Part shown: positions 1 through 12,017 of the stretch, one piece after another
How the letters are laid out: every line of letters begins with the position of its first letter
How positions within the stretch are numbered: the first letter of the stretch is position 1
Origin: Lytechinus pictus
Taxonomy: Eukaryota
NCBI RefSeq assembly: GCF_037042905.1
Contig: NC_087251.1
Location: 11,906,001-11,970,000, forward strand
Length of the DNA stretch: 64,000 nt
Direction: 5' to 3'
Translations under genes and position numbers: made by a program
Notes under the pieces: generated by a model
What the model saw: the letters and a program-made list of their open reading frames with translations, nothing else
What the model was told of the DNA's origin: nothing
Database searches by the model: none

Positions 1-3000
1 CTAAAGGCAGCAAGGTTGACAAGGATGATCACATAGATCACCACTTCCTACCAGGAACCCTGACACCCATCCTAGACAATCTAGAAGTGCTTCATCTAGG
101 GTAAGCATTCCAACAATTCAAAATGATTCTCAAGTTACTTGATAAAAATGAAAACTGCAAGCTTAAAGTAGACTTCTCAGAAATATTTGTGAAGAAATTA
201 CATTTGTCAATAGATTTCTGAAGTTTAATCTCTTAAAAATTAAAAATCTGTGCAACTTTGGAGAAATATGACTTAAAAGAGGTAGTAAGTAATACTTCTC
301 GCAAGGAAATATGCTTTTTTTAGAAGATTTTGCATGGAAGGTCAAATTATGCAGACTTAATTGTACCAAGCTTTGATGTGCTATTATGAAATATGTATTG
401 AATATGAATGAACACAGCAAAATATGTTTCCCACATTTTCTTCATGTCATGATTAAATGATAATCAGTACAATTCTAATGATATCTATATATTCCCCCCT
501 TTATATGCTGTTTTTGCCTGTCCAGATATAATGGAATCAGTGACCTGAACAAGCTGGAGATGTCTCGGCTTCCCTCCCTCAAGGCTCTCTTTCTCCAGGG
601 CAATGATATCAGCAAGGTGGAGGGGATGGACGGGCTCCAGGATCTCAGAGAGCTGGTCTTGGATCGTAACAAGATCAAGAGTGTAGGGGAAGGATCCTTC
701 ATCAACCAGTGGAACCTCGTCGAGCTCCACCTGGAGGAGAACAGGCTCCGGGATCTATCCAATCTTCAGTACCTGGAGAACCTTCAGAGGCTCTATGTGG
801 GGAGTAACAGGATCCAGGTAGGTTACTCCTGTAATAGTGCTATTTAGAATTATACAGTGTGTCCCAGAAAGAAAAAATCAGAGATAGATATTGTAATCAT
901 CAAATTTATCATCTCTGTTTTGAATTTTAGCCAAATAATCAGTGAATTGTCATGCATAACAGATAATGAGCAAATGCAAATTTAGTCCTGTTGCATAGAA
1001 ATTCATGTGTAAATCTCTACTTACTGTCATTCATATATTTATTTGTCAGTTAGCATCATGATAGAAATATTACTGAACCATCCATCTTCTCTGCAAGGTC
1101 ATTATATCTTAACAAATCCTGTTCCCTCTCTGTATATCTGTCTGTCTTACATCATTAGCTTTGTCTCTCTAATTTTTCTTTTTCTTTACTGATCATGGCC
1201 ATCCCATCAATTTCTGTTATTTTTCCAATCAAAACCTATTGTTCTCCTTTGCATTGCTGGCATGGGCATGAAACCTACATCCAAACTATGATGGGGTTAT
1301 TGAACCTAGGTCACATGACAGGATGAAATTTACAATAACCCTGGATATCAAATTCCTATCATGAAAATTACATAATCAAGAATTCCTTCATTAAAAATTA
1401 CAATGAAATATACACCTAAGCCATATGGCAAGACCATCATTACCAGCTGTGAAATTTACTATTTTCTTAATAAACAAGTTTGCATGCAGATGCACTATCA
1501 TTTCCATGTTAAGTGAAATGATTTAATTTTTCATTAACTGTTCTGCAAAAGAATCAGAAATATTTTATTTTATTAACTATTTAGTTATGTGAGATGATTT
1601 TTCATAAAAGTAATTTTTGTGCAATAAGTTTTTAATTATTCTCTCAAAAATGTTTGGTTGCTGAACCGATCTTGTGCGTATTCTCTTGCATTTAGAACTG
1701 TAAATGTAATAACAGGCTCAAGACTAAGAAGTAACATCTATTTAATATTTCATGTTTTTTTTTATTCTACAGGACATGTCAGAGCTTGAGAAGTTGGATC
1801 GTCTGCCAAACCTAATTGAACTCTCAGTCATCAGCAATCCTGTAAGAAACCAAAACTAAAATATATTATGTTCATTATCTTCTCTCAGTCAATATTATTA
1901 TTGTAATAATGTACCAAAAATTATTGAGAATCTAATGCCTAGAAAGAATTATTTTCTTTTCTTTAAACTGTGATCATGAAACTGGTTGAATTAAGTTTAT
2001 CAATAAATTCCTTTGCTATGAAAATGGTATTTTAGCCATGTTTTTCATAAGAAAAGATGCCCCTTAAACGTTTATGGAATGGTAAGTAAAGAATTTGCAA
2101 TTTCATATTATACATTTATATTGTTTCGTTATTAACAAAATCTTAATTCATTACTATTGTAACAGGTATCAAGACGATTGATGCACCGACCAATGCTTGT
2201 CTATCGTCAGCCAAACCTCCTGTGTATAGATGGTATACCAGTTACACAAGAAGAAAGAACCAAAGCTGAATTATACTTTATGGAACAACAGGTAATTAAA
2301 TAACATTCAATACATTTTGTTTCATTCACAATAAAAAATATACAAATGTACAATAAAAACATGTAAATATAACTTAACAATATGCATGAAGAAAATACCG
2401 TAATACATTGCATTAAACACAACATAATGGGGAGCGCCTCCGTCAATCTCGCCTGCATTATGCAATTCAATATGGCAGCAGTGCTGACATTGAAATCGAC
2501 TACAGAAGAGAACTATCTAAATTTTCACAAGATTGAAACACACAAGTATCATCTGTAAAAATAATTAACTGGGGCATATTAGAAGTATGACATATATCAT
2601 TAATAAAAAATAAGAAAAAGGATAAGTAAGACTAAGAACATGTATCCTTCTAGCCTACACATTGTAACATCCTGCTTTAACTATGTCTCTGTTAAGCCAA
2701 TAACAGAATACTGTATGCATAAGCTATCTAGGAATATGGTCATATTATCAAAGTTTTTGGGTATACTTCTACAATTGATATGTAAGCAACAACATTTCTG
2801 TTTAAATTGATTGGTACCATTGTTATATGTATGTTTATGATGATTAAATTCTGAAGGAGAATAAAATGACTGGTGAGGCCTATTCACACAATATTTATAG
2901 TCACAAGGGTCATTTTTCACAAGGAGACAAAATATTTGAATAGTAATCTACTTAAAAATTACTGCATTGGTAATAATCACGGTTATCAGAAATGTACAAG

Positions 3001-6000
3001 TATAATGACAATCAGAAAAAATACAACAAATAAAACAAATTACAAGAGACAGTCAATTGTGTATGTGACTGCTTAAATAGCACGACTTAACTATAAATTA
3101 AATTGCTACCAAGTGTGCGAGTTCATCAAAGATTATGTTAACATATACATTATGTAAAATCGAGAAAGAATAGGTGGGTGTTTCATAAAGCTGTTCGTAA
3201 GTTAAGAGCGACTGGTGAACCTTTCTTACTTGCGTAATCATCGCCAATGAATATACCATTTACCACAAGAAAGGATCACTAGTCGTTCTTAAAGTCGCTC
3301 TTAATGTACGAACAGCTTTATGAAACGGCCCCAGTTCAGATCAAATACAGCGTATGAAAGTGTAAAAAGGATTGCACACCAAGGATGCAAATCCCTTTTG
3401 AGGGCAAGTAAGAGGAATCAGTGATGATTATATCATGCCACAGAGCGAAATAATATACATAATTCAGTATGAATCAATACAAAGCTACAGAGCAGCAAGC
3501 TCTGAGTTAGATTGTATGACTTATGACATTGAATACAGACTTCATTGAGAAATGACTCATTTTTGAAGACAACAATATGAGACACAGATGTATGGCTTTG
3601 TGATGCAGCTAGAGAATGACAAGCAGATTCCTTGCGAGTTTGTGGCATTATGTATATTGATCAACAACAGTTACTAAATAATGGTAATATTCAGATGAAT
3701 GAGGACACAGAAGGACAGAGGCTCATCTTTGAGGTATGAGTGAAAAATGTTGATACTTCAAACTCTGAAATCACTTCTTTGGTTCAGATGAATGAGGACA
3801 CAGACTCCTGAAGATAAAATCTGTTGATTAGAACACTTACTTCATAAGCAAGGATTCAAAATCATTGATAGTACTAGCTGGCATTCAGATTTGTGTTTGT
3901 GGTAACGATTTGATGGATCAAGTGAAACAAAAGGAATTTTCTTTCATGCACTAGGATATACTTTTGCTATCTCTCTCTTTATTTACAGGGGGCTTTCATA
4001 TTGCCAGAGCTGCCAAGTTGTATTTTGCATTTTCAGTATTCTTATCCCCCAAAATCAGTATTTTGACAAAAAAAAAATCATTTTTTTTTACCGTGTGAGA
4101 TAAATATGCATGCATAATGGCAAAGTTCGATCACTTCTTACATTTGCGCCCCACACGTAATTCGTAAACAATTGTGTTGAAGACTGAACACTCGACAATG
4201 AGCTTAACACATCAAAGTGAATGCATTTAATTTGCCCTTAAAAAAAACCTTTGAAGTAGTACATATAGTTTTAAATGAACACTCACTTACCATTATTGAC
4301 TAGACAATTCTTCAGTCTTTTCTGCAAATGTCCTTTATTTCAGTTCTAACTCTTAACTGTCTCTAATGTACATGTACATACTGCAGTGCTTCAAAAGCTA
4401 TTGAAAGTATCTAGGTTCCACATACACATGTCCCATATTTAGTTCAAGAGGTGCTATTCCTTCAGTCTTTTCTGCAAATGTCCTTTATTTCAGTTCCAAC
4501 TCGGTTCATAAGTACATGTACATGGATCTCTAAATAACATGTACCTGTAGCTTCCAAAGTTACAAGCTCCTGAAAGTATCTATGCTCCACATACATGTAT
4601 CATATGCTGTTTAAGTGAGCAGCATCTTATAGACTTGTATTGTATGCATGTGTAGCTTTCTTACATTTCTCAAGAAGTTGATCAGAGAAGGTCGTTTCAT
4701 GACAAGCCTTTTCCATGGCCTGACACCAGACCTTTTGAGTCAGAAATTCAGAGATAGTTGGTGTTGCTAAACTGGCTCTGAACTCTGTTGCAATCTTCCT
4801 AACCAGTGAGAAGATCCTTTCATCAGTGGCATTGCTATGTGCAAGACTGAGTATTGTTAGCATGACTCTTGACAAGTTGAGATACTTCTTGCTGCCAGTT
4901 GATTTGTTCTCCATGTTGGAGATCTGAGTCCAGACAATATCTGCTCTCCCATCTAGGATTACTCCATCTAAAGTGTCTACTTGGTAAGATGCAAATTCTA
5001 ACTCAAGAGCATCTTTGTCAATGCTATCCAGCTGAAACCTATTGACAAAATAGCAAACTGAAGAGTAAGTCATGTGTACTCGATTTGCTGGGTTAGCCAC
5101 CCTTGCATGTTTCAGGACATCATCTTAAAGAGGGAACTTTGTAACAATATAGTTACAAGAGGTAACAAAGTATTTCCTCACTGAAGAATAAAACTCTGTT
5201 TTTTCCTCATCTCTGAGTTTTCCACTGGTGAGAAACTCTCTCACTTTTGTCCCCACAATCAGGTCTCCATCTTCCCGCTAATTTTTGCGACATTTGAAGT
5301 CACACTTGTCTGGCATGTTACCTTCCATCATCACCTCTGGCTTGACAAATCTAAGTTGAAGTTGATGAAGCAATTCCTGAAGAATATCAAGCATCACATG
5401 TATTTTAGGAGCTTCTTCTTGAAGTTGTAAATTGACACTGTTGAACACTGGAATTGTGTGCTGCAAAAAAAGACAATATAACTTGTTCTTATCTTGCACT
5501 AGTTTTTCATAGATGGAGGCTGCTTTAGAAGTAGTAATTTCAGATGACATTTTACAACTTTCATCTGAAGTCTTTCTTTTCACAGCTGATTTTGTTCCAG
5601 GAGGTAGCTGGGAGGTTTTTGATGTACTACCTGACAGTGATTCACTCTTCCTTGCTGATGCTGGCACTTTGCTTTTCAACTTTGGTGTGAGTTTACCAAT
5701 CTGGGCTGTGTCTTCTTCGCTGCCACGGACGATTTTCCTACTCCAAGTTTTTGCTTCTTGGAAGGACAGGATCCTGCTGTTTGTTTCTTGGCACTTCCAA
5801 TTTGTGCTTCTTGGCGGAAGTATTCCAGGAGTGCAACCCACTGTTCCAAGAGCCTGTCAAGGGACTGTTGCAGAGACATCCATCTTGTGCACACATGCTT
5901 TAAAATGGCATGATTTTCAAGGCAACATAGTTTCTGCACTTCTTTGAACTCCTTACTCCTCTTACTGGACTTTTCCAGGTAATAGTAGATAGCTGTTAGG

Positions 6001-9000
6001 GTGTCAGCAGGCGAGACTGGCAACTCAGCAGCTCCCTTTTCTGCAGCCAAATGAAGCAAGTGGCAGGGGCATCCAAGAATGAAAATGTTTGGATTCTCTT
6101 TCTTTACAAATGCTGCAACCCCATTATGGATTCCAAGCATGACAGCAGCATTGTCTGCACCAAAACAGATTGCATTTTTCCATGGGATGGAGCACTGCTT
6201 GAGTACATCATTCAACAGTTGGAAGATGTTTCTATCAGTTGAATTATCTTTGGTTGTGGCAATTTGCAGCAGAGCACTGACGACACGCTTCACTTCATCA
6301 TAAAATCGAACAACTACTGGATACAACTGCTCATCGGCCGCTCTGTCGCTACTTCCATCTGTAGACAAGGAGAAAGATTTATCCCGCAGCTTGTGGATGA
6401 TTTTACCTGAGAAAGAAGAATAAGAAACAAACTGCCCGTTTCATTATAACTTGGTATTTTAAATACAGTTCAATTACATGTAAAAATCATGCCAGTATCA
6501 GAGGTCTGTGGGCCAGCAAAGTATATACATGAAAATAATACTCAATGTGGTCCCATTTTCCAGCCAACATCCCAATAAAAATTGCAATATAAATTTTCAG
6601 TGAAAAATTAATGCGACATGGATCATGAACCCGACATGCCACCTACTCCTACACTTGATATAAATTTTAAATTTATAATGAAAATTTAATGTGACATGGG
6701 TCATGAACCCGACATGCCACCTTCTATGTACACTTGATATAAATTTTAAAGTTTAAAGAAAAATTAATGACATGGGTCATGAACCCGACATGCCACCTAC
6801 TACGTACATTGATATACATTTTAGATTTTAAAGGAAAATTAATGTGACATGGGTCATGAACCCGACATGCCACCTAATCCTACACTTAATGATATAAATT
6901 TAAAATTTTAATGAAAAATCAATGTGACAAGTGACATATTACTAATAATATAATATCCCATAACCTAATTTTATGCTTTAAAAAAAAAAAGGCTAACTTT
7001 CATGATTTTATTTTTATTTAGGACACGTATTTTGTTAAAAATAATTTGATATAGCCTAGCGTGCCTAGAGATAGACTTCTAAGTTCTAACAGATCTCACT
7101 ATTACTAGATTGGTACTCACTTTTTGCATCTTGGCCAAGTGTTTTTCCTATTGCTGTTGCTTTTGTTCGGCGTGAAGCAAATTTGGATGCAATTACACTG
7201 TCTGGAAACATCTTCTTGACCAGGTCAGTAAAGTGGTCAGAGACACTGAACGGGATATTGTGTTCAATCAAAAATTGTGCCATTAATGTTTCTGCTCGGA
7301 TAACTTTGCTGTCCTTTGGTTGAAAGAAGGTTGCGATATTTGAAGAACCAGAACTCCCTACTACCTCCTGTGACTTGTGCTTTTTTTATTTCAAGCGTGT
7401 TTGAATGTCATTCGCTCCTCCATGGCTCACGGAAAAATCACATTCACAAAGTGTGCATCTCGCACTGAACTGGTCCCTCTTTGACTCAATGATACACTTC
7501 CATCGTTTGCAATATTCCTCCTTGAAATGTTGTTTGCGTGGTTGAGCTGATTTAGAAGACATTTTGATGATTTCCATGATAAAATCTCAAATCAAACCAC
7601 AAAACACCACTGACACATTGCACAGATGAAAACGATGCAACGTGTGATGCGATGTGACACACGTTCAATCAACGATGTCGATGTCCCGGCCATGCACACG
7701 TACACACACACGTGTATATACATTGGCAAGTTGGAGCACCGATTTACTTCGGTCCCACACATAGACAATTGATGCTACAAGCACCGCACACATGCAGAAA
7801 ACATACACACATGGATATACGAAGTCCGTTGCGAGTGACGCGGGCTGGCCGCCATATTGTTTCCGCCCGAAAGCTCCCGGATGCGTAGAAAGCTCCCGGA
7901 TGCGTAGTGGGGCGAACAATACCTTTTCTTCTCTAATTTTTTTTCCCCCGTATTTTATCATGAAAAAGCGTACTGCCGTATTTTAAATTGATTTCCGTAT
8001 GAAATAAGGGAAAATCGTACTACTTGGCAGCTCTGTATTGCTTCATACCTAAATGTGGATATTCATTGTGTGATTTAACTTAAGAGGTTCATGTATATAT
8101 ACATAAATGTAGCATTGACTTATTTATGAGTTTAAAGTCAGGAACCACAAAAATTAATTTATAATCTCACCCCCACCCCCCAAAAAAAATTGAATTGTGT
8201 AAAAAAAATAAACATCCTTACTTCAATTGATTAAGAATGCAAATTTCTTGTTTATAAATGAATTTGAAAACCACCTTTTTTGCTTTTGGAATTATGGGCC
8301 ATGGTAAATTGTATTGGACTGTTTGTATGCTACCCAGAGCTGTTTCCCTGGCTTCATCATCACCCATGCAACACTGTGCTTTAATTGCTTTAGCATTTTT
8401 TCTTTACATCCATTATGAATCCTCTAGGTGGTAACTGCAGTATGTTTAAGCCCTTTTAGGGTGAGTCTGTTGACACAAGGGTGAGGTTGTGGTATCGGAG
8501 AGTAGGTTTTTGGTTTGAGTGGTTTCATTGTGGTAATTTACAGAATTATTCACTGAATACTAGTGAAGCGTATATGGTTAATAAATTCAGCTTAAATTTG
8601 CTTACAGTCAAGCATAAAGAGTTCTATTGTGTGTGTCCTTAAATTTATGTCATAAGAATCTTTGGAGTGCACATTCAAGTTTGCTAGTGTTCTCTGTCTC
8701 GTAACAATATGTTGTTTAGTTTGATTTCAGTATGTTATATTCTGTGAAGTTCTGGTTTGGTTTGGTTTGGTGATATTTGAAAGTGAAATATACAGACTTG
8801 TGACAGCGTCATTTAGGATTTGTTTGGATGTTTTACCTGACTTCATTTGAAGAAAGCAGGTGTATGATTATTTTGATTGCAGTTTGATTGATTAAATTGA
8901 TTAAAAATATGGATTTTATCAAAGGAAAAACACAGCTAGGGAATGAACCATTATACACTTGGAATTGTTTAAAAACCCCAGTACTAGAAAATACACTTGT

Positions 9001-12000
9001 TTCAAGAACAATCAGGGCTTGAAATTCCGTACATGATGGTGTGAAGACATCACCTACAACTGATAGGTTCAGAGTTGTCTTCATGAGATACCAGCTATTT
9101 GCAGTTTCTTGCCCTGCTGTTGTAATTTCAGGGGCCCGTTGCAGAAATAATTGCTTTTGAATACAACTCTCTCTGCCATGGGCCAAAGAAAACTGTGAAG
9201 GTTGCAAAGTTATGAATAGCACACCTTTGTTAATTTATTTTGAATAAGTTCTAGGGCCCGTTTTATAAAGGACAAACAAATCTTGTAAATTTGCCATTAT
9301 GGCAGCAACCATGGTATTAAGGCTCAGCAGCCAGTCACAATGAAGTTTACTATGGTAGTTGCCATAATGGCAAAGTTGCCACAGTGGTAACTTTTTATGA
9401 AATTGGTCCTAGATTCATAAGTGAGCTTGAAAAGTTTAAAAAATTCTTATGATAATTTGATAATTTTCTGACAGCCATCAAGTATGAATACTAATGAGAC
9501 CACTCTCCCTGGGATATCATCCTACAAGGGTCACCCAGCACCGGTCAAGATTACAAATGTCCAGCTTCAAGGAGGGTCATCAGACCGTCATGGCTGGAGT
9601 ACACAGGTCCAGTACGCACCAGGAGATGATGTGACGTTACCTTCAGATTCTCATAGAGGTATGAATGATAGTAACAAGTTCTGATAAATGTCACAGTGAT
9701 ATCTATTTTCAGAACAGATTTTATGTTTTAGGGAATGTAGTAGAGATGAGATAAGAATTCTTTTCTGGCTGTACCTACAATTCTGAATTTTGTCACCCTT
9801 GATTTACATATTAAAATCATTCAACTTTTGTACAAAATTTATTCGTGTATAATGAATTTGATTTTTAGATCAATGTTCATTACTTGATAAATGATATTAT
9901 ATAAGACTTAGTTTTAAAAAATTGTGATACATGTAATTTTGATGGAATTTTTGCTCTAAAGTAATTGCCGGACTATACATTTCTACTATCAATAATGAAT
10001 AACAGATCTTCTGATACAGAATAGTAAATGTAATACTGTATTTGCACTGTATTTGCACCCGATGCCCTCTTCATATGTTATTGAAAATAAAAAAATATAT
10101 ATTACTGAAGAAAGGAAGCAAAATTGAGAGAAGCAAATGTTATTGAAGTAATTGTCACTGAAGGAAATATTATTAAAGCTAATTTCACATAAACCAATAA
10201 TTATATATTGATTGAGATTATGTATAGTCAAGTCATTCAGTAATCACCCTCAATACAGCTCCTAATCGAAGACAGCGTAGCTATGGGAAAAATGATGTGC
10301 AGTCATCTCCTAGCAACACAGGTTCAAGATCCCAGTATTCAAATGCTACCGGGGGTAGTCGACACAGCGGACAGCAGTACCAAACACACTATCAGGTGCC
10401 TTATGTACCGCACCAGAGCCGTAGCCAGGGGTATGAAGGGTAAGTGGTTAGGATAGTGGTTCAGGTGATGTTGCAAAATACTTAATTGCAATCGATTACA
10501 TATATCTGGTGTGTGTTTTATAAAGCTGTTCGTAAGTTAAGAGCGACTTTAAGAACGACTGGTGATCATTTCTTGTGGTAGAGTATATACCAAAATGTTC
10601 ATTGGCGATGGTTTAGCGCGTAAGAAAGGATCACCAGTTGTTCTTAAAGTCGCTCTTAACTTACGAACAGCTTTATGAAACGGACCCCAGTTTTAAATTT
10701 TGATGTTTGATAGAGGGCAAGTTCAATTTATACTGGTTGTTGGAAGAAGCAGACAGATCAATTTGAATCTGACAATCAATCGCTAAACATAATATTTTGG
10801 ACTTTGGTATATTTGCAAATGATTGCAAGATTTTTGTAACACCATAGAATTTGAAGCCTCAGTACTCAAGATAATTAGTAGTACACCAGTACAAATCAAG
10901 AGTTTAAATATGATGTCATTATTATTATTATTAGTTCAGTTTCATAAAACTTGTAGTCATGACAAATTCTGAATTTCTAAAATGAAATTCTTTCATTTAT
11001 TAAACTATCACAATTTCAGTAGCTACTCAGTAAATTGTCATTAAAGGGCAAGTCCACCCCAACAAAAAGTTAATTTGAAAAAAAGGAGAAAAATCCAACA
11101 AGCAAAACATTGAAAAATTCATCAAAATGGGATGTAAAATAAGAAAGTTATGACATTCTAAAGTTTCGTTTAATTTCACAAAACAGTTAAATGCACATCC
11201 TGGGCGGTATGCAAATTGGCAGACTGATGACGTCACTCACTCACTATTTCTTATGTATTTTATTATATGAAATATTCAAATTTTCTCCTTGTCAAGTGAA
11301 ACAAAGATTTATTTCTCCCTGAACATGTGGAATAACATTATTTTAACAGTTTCTGGTTAAGTAAAGTTGGTCCTTATTGTCAAATCTGTAAAAATTTAAA
11401 TTTTGTATTATTCAAACAATAAAAAACAAAGAAATAGTGAGTGATGGACATCATCGACTCTCTCATTTGCATATCGCTGAGTTGTGCATTGAACTGGTTT
11501 GTGAAAAATAAGCGAAACTTTAAAATGTCATAACTTTCATATTTTACATCCGATTTCGATGAAATTTGCGTTATGTTTGTTTGATTTTTCTCTATCGATT
11601 CAAATCAACAATTTTCTGGGGTAGACTTGACCTTTAAAAAAAGAAAGTACATTAGTGCAAACCTCCCTATTCAAGGGTTTTTGTCCTCAACAAGAATCAA
11701 ACCCAATCAAAGACACATGAACGAATTGTCTCTACTGACTTCATCATCATTAATCATTGCTATCAGAAGCTGTGCATGTTTATTTGTATGTGGACTCTGG
11801 GATTTGAAATTAAAAAAAAGAAGAAGAAAGATTTGTCAATTGTAAACAACAATGAACCGCCCCCATGTTTTTTTTTTTCTCCCATATTTTTAGAATAAAT
11901 GATGTTTGAAGGTTTGCATTAGTTTTGTACGACATGTTATTTGCTATTCATTATTATATCCATCTCATTATTTGCAGGTATTCTGGTAGCAATGTACGCC

Positions 12001-12017
12001 ACAACAGACCAAGATAG
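1..12017 (+). CDS. LRRC9: Leucine-rich repeat-containing protein 9, 3' part (5' truncated by window edge)
   Basis: GT-AG exons with consistent phases: <1-100, 526-817, 1773-1841, 2166-2291, 9475-9658, 10259-10439, 11978-12017 (TAG 12015-12017). Translation [47 protein letters not shown]...SNPVSRRLMHRPMLVYRQPNLLCIDGIPVTQEERTKAELYF shows SDS22-like LRRs plus an LRR cap as in LRRC9. The last three exons are supported by splice signals and phase only. Confidence 0.88.
2420..2545 (+). mobile_element. Degenerate left-end fragment of the Helentron-like family A element
   Basis: gcctccgtcaatctcgcctgcattatgcaattcaatatggcagcagtgctga resembles the end of the copies at 14953 and 44510. Confidence 0.6.
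2640..2900 (-). mobile_element. Decayed non-LTR retrotransposon (CR1/L2-like) APE endonuclease fragment
   Basis: Minus-strand translation LHINCRSIPKNFDNMTIFLDSLCIQYSVIGLTET*LKQDVTMCRLEGY matches the N-terminus of LINE APE endonucleases (xNxRS...IGLTETWL...GY); the W codon is now a stop. Confidence 0.7.
3174..3331. mobile_element. Short palindromic MITE (PIF/Harbinger-like), copy 1
   Basis: Inverted arms tttcataaagctgttcgtaagttaagagcgact / agtcgctcttaatgtacgaacagctttatgaaa; four copies in the window; CWG-like 3-bp flanks. Confidence 0.8.
4627..7577 (-). pseudogene. hAT transposase pseudogene (BED-like zinc finger, DDE core, C-terminal dimerisation region)
   Basis: Exon 7577-7121, GT-AG intron 7120-6407, exon 6406-4627. 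Motifs CTLCECDFSVSHGGANDI, STDGSSD, FGADNAAVM, CPCH, TRW, HSNATDERIFS. Lesions: in-frame stops at 7386, 5278 and about 5126, and a frameshift near 5760-5800. Confidence 0.9.
6585..6935. repeat. About 80-bp tandem repeat (4+ units) inside the transposase intron
   Basis: Core gacatgggtcatgaacccgacatgccacct recurs at about 6615, 6693, 6769 and 6846. Confidence 0.9.
10509..10687. mobile_element. Short palindromic MITE (PIF/Harbinger-like), copy 2
   Basis: Same family as 3174-3331; flanks CTG/CAG. Confidence 0.85.
11045..11633. mobile_element. TTAA-flanked MITE (Kolobok-like)
   Basis: TTAA|AGGGCAAGTCCACCCC ... GGGGTAGACTTGACCT|TTAA with long inverted arms; a second copy lies at 60734-61337. Purine-start termini with a TTAA duplication fit Kolobok. 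Confidence 0.85.

Larger units (their letters stand above)
4005..8035 (-). mobile_element. Full-length, defective hAT DNA transposon in an LRRC9 intron
   Basis: 14-bp perfect TIR CAGAGCTGCCAAGT (4005-4018 / 8022-8035), flanked on both sides by TATTGC; encodes a hAT transposase on the minus strand. Confidence 0.93.

Noticed and set aside
5513..6303. Plus-strand ORFs over the transposase
   Set aside because: Antisense shadows of the minus-strand transposase.
4627..7577. Domesticated ZBED/ZNF862-like host gene
   Set aside because: Intact TIRs and TSD plus several stops and a frameshift indicate a dead transposon copy.
8500..9240. Possible ancient LINE ORF1 remnant or ORF 8833-9222
   Set aside because: No recognisable motif could be read with confidence.
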